From positions 1-10,011 of the IMG/VR virus record IMGVR_UViG_2802429253_000016: a stretch of 10,011 nucleotides of DNA, one strand, 5' to 3'. This DNA comes from a virus. Lineage: Duplodnaviria > Heunggongvirae > Uroviricota > Caudoviricetes. The notes below the pieces were generated by a model. That model was not told where the DNA came from and searched no databases. It saw only the letters and a list, made by a program, of their open reading frames with translations. This document shows positions 5,836 through 10,011 of this stretch, in pieces (position 1 is the first letter of the stretch; every line of letters starts with the position of its first letter). The position numbers and the translations under genes were made by a program.

Positions 5836-6035
5836 ATACAGCAATTGCTCTCACTCTGACAGTTTTTCTTAATACGGGCGAGCCTGTTGACCTGGTTATT
5901 GACATTTACGGTTCAATGAAAGAATGCACGGCTGCCGCAGCGGAACAGAAAATTCCCGGTAACTGTTATCCGGTTGATAAAGTTATTCATATGGACAATA
6001 ACGAAATCCCGGCAGGACTTAAAACAGCACCGTAA
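5832..6035 (+). CDS. ydfD: YdfD-like small protein (67 aa; prophage lysis-associated protein in K-12)
   Basis: ATG at 5832 overlaps the dicB stop (ATGA). The product MNTAIALTLTVFLNTGEPVDLVIDIYGSMKEC... matches YdfD as recalled. Confidence 0.7.
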   Translation: MNTAIALTLTVFLNTGEPVDLVIDIYGSMKECTAAAAEQKIPGNCYPVDKVIHMDNNEIPAGLKTAP

Positions 6036-6115
6036 TTAATATCCGGTTTCATTTTTATATGCCAGCAATGGCAGGGATTTGTTCACCCTTAAATCTGTAA
6101 TGAGGTTAAAACAAA

Positions 6116-8590
6116 ATGAGTAAAGTCTTTATTTGCGCCGCCATTCCGGACGAACAGGCAACAGCAGAAGGCGCTAAACCTGTGGCCACTGCCATTGAAG
6201 CAGGCGACGAACGCCGGGCAAGAGCCAAATTTAGCTGGTTATTTCTGGAACAATACCCGGAAACTCAGGACTGTGCTTATAAATTTCTTGTCTGCGAGGA
6301 TAAACCCGGCATGGCCCGCCCTGCTCTCGATTCCTGGGATTCCGAATATATGCAGGAAAACCGCTGGAATGAGGAGTCGGCTTCCTTTGTTCCGGTCGAC
6401 CCTGAACCGGATACAGAAACTGTTAACTTTAATCAGTTATCTGACGACAAGCGGGCTGCTGTCCTTGTCAGGTTCGGTACACATGAAAACATCACCGTGG
6501 ATATGGTCATCAATGCAAGCGGGCTTCTCGGCGATGACGAGATGACGACTTTTGATGGACACCTCACTGAAGCAGTTATCCGGACCAGAGAAATTAACGC
6601 CATGTATCCTGAGCGTCAGACTGAGTACATCAACGATGCCAGACGTGATTTAAAACCAACAGCCAAATGGCCCGATGTTCAGGCGTATTTTCTCGAACGT
6701 AAAAAACGCATGGAAAAGGAGCGCAAAGAAGGTGGAGCATATAATTCCGTCGTCGATCTTGCCCGCGCCAGAGTCAACCGGCAAGGCACTGAAAACTCTG
6801 CAGGAAAAACTGACTCCGTAACTGCTGTCATTCGTCGCGAATACAAGCAGACATGGAAAACACTGGATGGCGAACTGGCCTACGCTCTCTGGCCTGGTGA
6901 TGTGGATGCCGGAAACGTTAACGGCAGCATCCATCGCTGGGCAAAAAATGAAGTTATCGACAACGACCGCGAAGACTGGAAGCGTATCTCGGCATCAATG
7001 CGCAAACAGCCTGATGCCCTTCGCTACGACCGCCAGACTATTTTTGGCCTTGTCCGTGAACGTCCGATCGACATTCACAAAGACCCTGTGGCACTGAACA
7101 AATACATTACTGAATACCTGACTACAAAGGGCGTGTTTGAAGATGAAGGAAGAAATCAGAGCGCAACTGATACTCTCTCGTCGCCAGTACCAGAAACTGA
7201 TGCAGTGGAAACGGCAATTCCGGACAACGAAAAAACCGAATGCAAAGTGGAAGTCGAACCATCTGTAGAGCGTGAGGGGCCATTCTACTTCCTCTTCACC
7301 GACAAGGATGGCGAAAAATACGGTCGCGCAAACAAACTTTCTGGTCTGAATAAGGCGCTGGCTGCCGGGGCTACTGAAATCACGAAAGAAGAATATTTTG
7401 CCCGCAAAAACGGCACATACTCAGGTTCACAACAAAATACTGGTGCATCTGACACGACCGCACAACCAGAGCCGGTAAAAGTTACCGCTGACGAAGTAAA
7501 CAAAATTATGCAGGCAGTCAGCCAGCCTGACGCCAATCAGTTGCTTGCTGCCTCTCGCGGAGAATTTGTTGCAGGGATTAGCGACCCGAATGATCCGAAA
7601 TGGGTGAAGGGGATTGAAACCCGCGATTCTGTGTACCAGAACCAGCAAGAAACGGAACAGAACGACCAGAAAGCGGAACAAAACAGCCAAAATGCGTTAC
7701 AAAACGAGCCAGAAACGAAACAATCCGAACCAGTAGCGCAACAAGAACCAGAAAAAACCTGCACCGCCTGCGGTCAGAGCGGTGGCGGCAACTGCCCTGA
7801 TTGTGGCGCGGTGATGGGCAACGCAACATATCAGGAAACATTCGATGAAGAGAATCAGGTTGAAGTTCAGGAAAATGATCCGGAGGAAATGGAAGGCGCT
7901 GAACATCCACACAAGGGGGACACTAGCGGCGCTCAGGACCACGCCAGCGATAGTGAAACTGGTGAGGCGGCAGATCCCTTAATTAATGTGAATGGTCATC
8001 ATAAAAGCACATCCACCAGTAGAGTGTGGTACCACCTGATGATCGACCTTGAAACGATGGGTAAAAAAAGTAATGCCCCCATCGTGGTTATTGGTGCTGT
8101 GTTCTTCGATCCGCAGACCGGGGAAATCGGGCCAACATTTTATATCGTTATCAGCCTGGTTGACGCTATGGACACGGGTGCTGTACCTGATGGTTCCACC
8201 ATCGAATGGTGGCTTGCTCAGTCCAGCGAAGCCAGATCTGCAATTTTAGTTGATCAGGTAAAACTGGTTGACGCTCTTATTCAATTTCGGGAATTCATCA
8301 ATGAGTACTCGAATGAAAAATTCGTTCAGGTATGGGGCAATGGTGCAACTTTCGACAACACTATTTTACGAACCTCGTACGAACGCCTGAACATCCCCTG
8401 CCCGTGGCGTTACTACAACGATCGCGATGTACGTACAATCGTTGAACTGGGAAAAACTATCGACTTCGATGCCAGAACAGTTATTCCATTTGAAGGCGTG
8501 CGCCACCATGCGCTGGATGATGCCCGTCACCAGGCGAAATACGTTTCAGCAATCTGGCAAAAACTGATCCCGAATCAGGCTGATTTTTAA
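6116..8590 (+). CDS. Large RecE/YdfE-like protein (824 aa) with a Q/E-rich low-complexity linker, a CxxC-x10-CxxC knuckle and a C-terminal DEDDh (DnaQ-like) 3'-5' exonuclease domain
   Basis: Single uninterrupted ORF. C-terminal motifs: Exo I MIDLETMG, Exo II WGNGATFDNTIL, Exo III RHHALDDARHQAKY. The N-terminus MSKVFICAAIPDE... resembles Qin YdfE, and the middle LLAASRGEF...CTACGQSGGGNCPDCGAVMG segment resembles RecE, both as recalled. It sits where exo/recE sits in lambdoid phages. Confidence 0.85.
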   Translation: MSKVFICAAIPDEQATAEGAKPVATAIEAGDERRARAKFSWLFLEQYPETQDCAYKFLVCEDKPGMARPALDSWDSEYMQENRWNEESASFVPVDPEPDTETVNFNQLSDDKRAAVLVRFGTHENITVDMVINASGLLGDDEMTTFDGHLTEAVIRTREINAMYPERQTEYINDARRDLKPTAKWPDVQAYFLERKKRMEKERKEGGAYNSVVDLARARVNRQGTENSAGKTDSVTAVIRREYKQTWKTLDGELAYALWPGDVDAGNVNGSIHRWAKNEVIDNDREDWKRISASMRKQPDALRYDRQTIFGLVRERPIDIHKDPVALNKYITEYLTTKGVFEDEGRNQSATDTLSSPVPETDAVETAIPDNEKTECKVEVEPSVEREGPFYFLFTDKDGEKYGRANKLSGLNKALAAGATEITKEEYFARKNGTYSGSQQNTGASDTTAQPEPVKVTADEVNKIMQAVSQPDANQLLAASRGEFVAGISDPNDPKWVKGIETRDSVYQNQQETEQNDQKAEQNSQNALQNEPETKQSEPVAQQEPEKTCTACGQSGGGNCPDCGAVMGNATYQETFDEENQVEVQENDPEEMEGAEHPHKGDTSGAQDHASDSETGEAADPLINVNGHHKSTSTSRVWYHLMIDLETMGKKSNAPIVVIGAVFFDPQTGEIGPTFYIVISLVDAMDTGAVPDGSTIEWWLAQSSEARSAILVDQVKLVDALIQFREFINEYSNEKFVQVWGNGATFDNTILRTSYERLNIPCPWRYYNDRDVRTIVELGKTIDFDARTVIPFEGVRHHALDDARHQAKYVSAIWQKLIPNQADF

Positions 8591-8654
8591 TGTTCAACCC
8601 CGGTCGTCGCCCACCAGCTATAGTGGCGGCGACCATGATTAGCGAACGACGCTC

Positions 8655-8903
8655 ATGGCAAGACTTATTCTGCTCACTGAGTGGGCAAAAGAGGAATTCA
8701 GTGAACCGGTCCCTACTCCGGGTACGTTAAGTAAATACGCTAAAGCCGGAATGATATTTCCTCTCCCCAAAAAAGTAGGAAGGCACTGGCGAGTGGATCC
8801 ACGCGCTCGCTTTGTCGGAATGGTAAACAAGCCTGAGGTGATCGCCACAGATCACCCTGCTTTGAAGAGGATACTGGAAGATGGCGCGCCCGCGAAAATA
8901 TAA
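8655..8903 (+). CDS. xis: Excisionase (Xis-like, 82 aa)
   Basis: Small basic protein immediately upstream of, and overlapping, int by 23 nt. LILLTEWAKEE...IFPLPKKVGRHWRV parallels lambda Xis LTLQEWNARQ...IFPPPVKDGREY. Confidence 0.8.
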   Translation: MARLILLTEWAKEEFSEPVPTPGTLSKYAKAGMIFPLPKKVGRHWRVDPRARFVGMVNKPEVIATDHPALKRILEDGAPAKI

Positions 8904-10011
8904 AACCGATGTTCCGGGTTTATCTCCGTATTTTGACAAAAGAAATAACAAAGTTTACTGGCGTTACAGGCATCCCATCACAGGTAAAAATCATGGACTC
9001 GGCAGTATTGACCAGAAACTGGCGGAAACCATTGCAGCAGAAGCGAACAGCCGTCTTGCCAGACAAAAAATGGAGCAAATGCTCAGTCTGCAGGAGAAAA
9101 TTATTAGTGATACCGGCGGCGCATCAACCGTTTCCATTTTTCTGAATAATTACAGAAAAATTCAACAGGAAAGATATGAGAACGGAGAAATCAAGCTCAG
9201 CACGCTGAAACAAAAAGCGGCTCCTCTCAGGGTGTTTGATGAACGTTTTGGAGCCAGGCCGCTAGATGCCATAACCGTAAAAGATGTGGTATCGGTGCTG
9301 GAAGAATACAAGGCAAAGGGACATAACAGAATGGGACAAATTTTCAGGAAGGTATTGATCGATGTTTTCCGGGAGGCTCAACAAACGGGTGATGTCCCGC
9401 CAGGCTTTAACCCGGCTGAATCGGCAAAAAAACCGCAAGTGCGGATATCAAGACAGCGACTGACTTTTGATGAGTGGATGATGATTTATAACGCAGCGGA
9501 AAAGGATGGTTACTTTTTACAGCGCGGCATGCTGCTGGCACTGATGACGGGCCAGCGTCTTTCGGATATTTGCAAAATGCAGTTTTCGGATATCCGGGAT
9601 GGTTACCTTCATGTCGAACAGCAAAAAACAGGAGCCCGGATAGCCATTCCTCTGGCTCTGCGTTGCGACAAATTAAATCTTACCCTGGGTGACGTGGTGT
9701 CATCCTGTCGTGATTACATCCTTAGTCCGTGGTTATTGCACCATCATCACGCTAAGGGGATGGGTAAGCGCGGCGGGATGGTTAAACCAGCAACGTTAAC
9801 AGTCGCATTTAAAAAAGCCCGGGATTCTGTGGATTACAACTGGCGTGCTAATGGCACGCCACCCTCTTTCCATGAGCAAAGATCTTTATCAGAACGATTG
9901 TTCAGAGAACAGGGAATTGATACCAAAATTTTGCTGGGCCATTCGAATCAAAAAATGACCGATATTTACAACGACGCACGCGGTAAAGAGTGGAAAAAAC
10001 TGGTTGTTTGA
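8881..10011 (+). CDS. int: Lambda-family tyrosine integrase (376 aa), apparently intact
   Basis: Collinear with lambda Int. N-terminal arm-binding region (YFDKRNNKVYWRYRHPITGK), TGQRLSDI (Arg), HEQRSLSERLF (His, Arg), LLGHSNQKMTDIY (His, Tyr nucleophile), and a C-terminal GKEWKK tail. Stop TGA at 10009-10011. Confidence 0.95.
   Translation: MARPRKYKTDVPGLSPYFDKRNNKVYWRYRHPITGKNHGLGSIDQKLAETIAAEANSRLARQKMEQMLSLQEKIISDTGGASTVSIFLNNYRKIQQERYENGEIKLSTLKQKAAPLRVFDERFGARPLDAITVKDVVSVLEEYKAKGHNRMGQIFRKVLIDVFREAQQTGDVPPGFNPAESAKKPQVRISRQRLTFDEWMMIYNAAEKDGYFLQRGMLLALMTGQRLSDICKMQFSDIRDGYLHVEQQKTGARIAIPLALRCDKLNLTLGDVVSSCRDYILSPWLLHHHHAKGMGKRGGMVKPATLTVAFKKARDSVDYNWRANGTPPSFHEQRSLSERLFREQGIDTKILLGHSNQKMTDIYNDARGKEWKKLVV

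Larger units (their letters stand above)
1..10011. mobile_element. Lambdoid (Qin/Rac-like) prophage early region: replication module, immunity region, dicB-type pL operon, xis, int
   Basis: Gene order and orientation mirror lambda (cro/cII-like/O-like on one strand; cI, pL operon, xis, int on the other). Operators, terminator, iterons and overlapping xis-int are present. The window starts at a gene stop and ends at the int stop, so att sites are outside it. Confidence 0.85.

Noticed and set aside
6650-7942. Six minus-strand ORFs (75-110 aa) and three alternative-frame plus-strand ORFs (6195-6545, 6867-7097, 8049-8249) inside the 824-aa gene
   Set aside because: All lie within a long, well-supported coding frame. 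Their products are Cys/Phe/Leu-rich, a typical artefact of reading an acidic low-complexity coding region in other frames.
8639-8951. Minus-strand ORFs 8639-8848 and 8727-8951, and the plus-strand alternative-frame ORF 8909-9145
   Set aside because: They overlap xis and int, which have strong family-level support. No independent signals.
1-10011. IS element or transposase interrupting the region (as IS2 does in K-12 Qin)
   Set aside because: No transposase-like ORF or terminal inverted repeats were seen. The large pL gene is continuous.

Overview
This window looks like the complete early region of a lambdoid prophage of the Qin/Rac type from an Enterobacteriaceae (E. coli-like) genome, bounded by gene ends on both sides. 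All identifications rest on reading the sequence and on recalled family knowledge; no database search was run. Layout, left to right: (i) a minus-strand pR-type operon reading leftward from the immunity region: Cro-like HTH, YdaT/CII-like regulator, a replication initiator with an internal iteron/AT-rich origin and a DnaT-like C-terminus, then three GTG-initiated accessory genes (hypothetical 138 aa, DUF4406-like, Ea22-like); (ii) a divergent operator/promoter region and a plus-strand CI-type autocleavable repressor with its terminator; (iii) a pL-type operon on the plus strand: ydfA-, ydfB-, ydfC-like small genes, an AT-rich convergent two-ORF insertion, a GC-rich structured spacer, a DicF-like sRNA, dicB, a ydfD-like gene, an 824-aa RecE/YdfE-like protein with a C-terminal DEDDh 3'-5' exonuclease domain, then excisionase and an intact lambda-family tyrosine integrase ending at the window edge. 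The most interesting candidates for something undescribed are the AT-rich convergent ORF pair inserted in the dicB operon (4517-5090), the exonuclease fusion protein with no annealase partner, and a conserved nucleotide box repeated ahead of three consecutive GTG-start genes.
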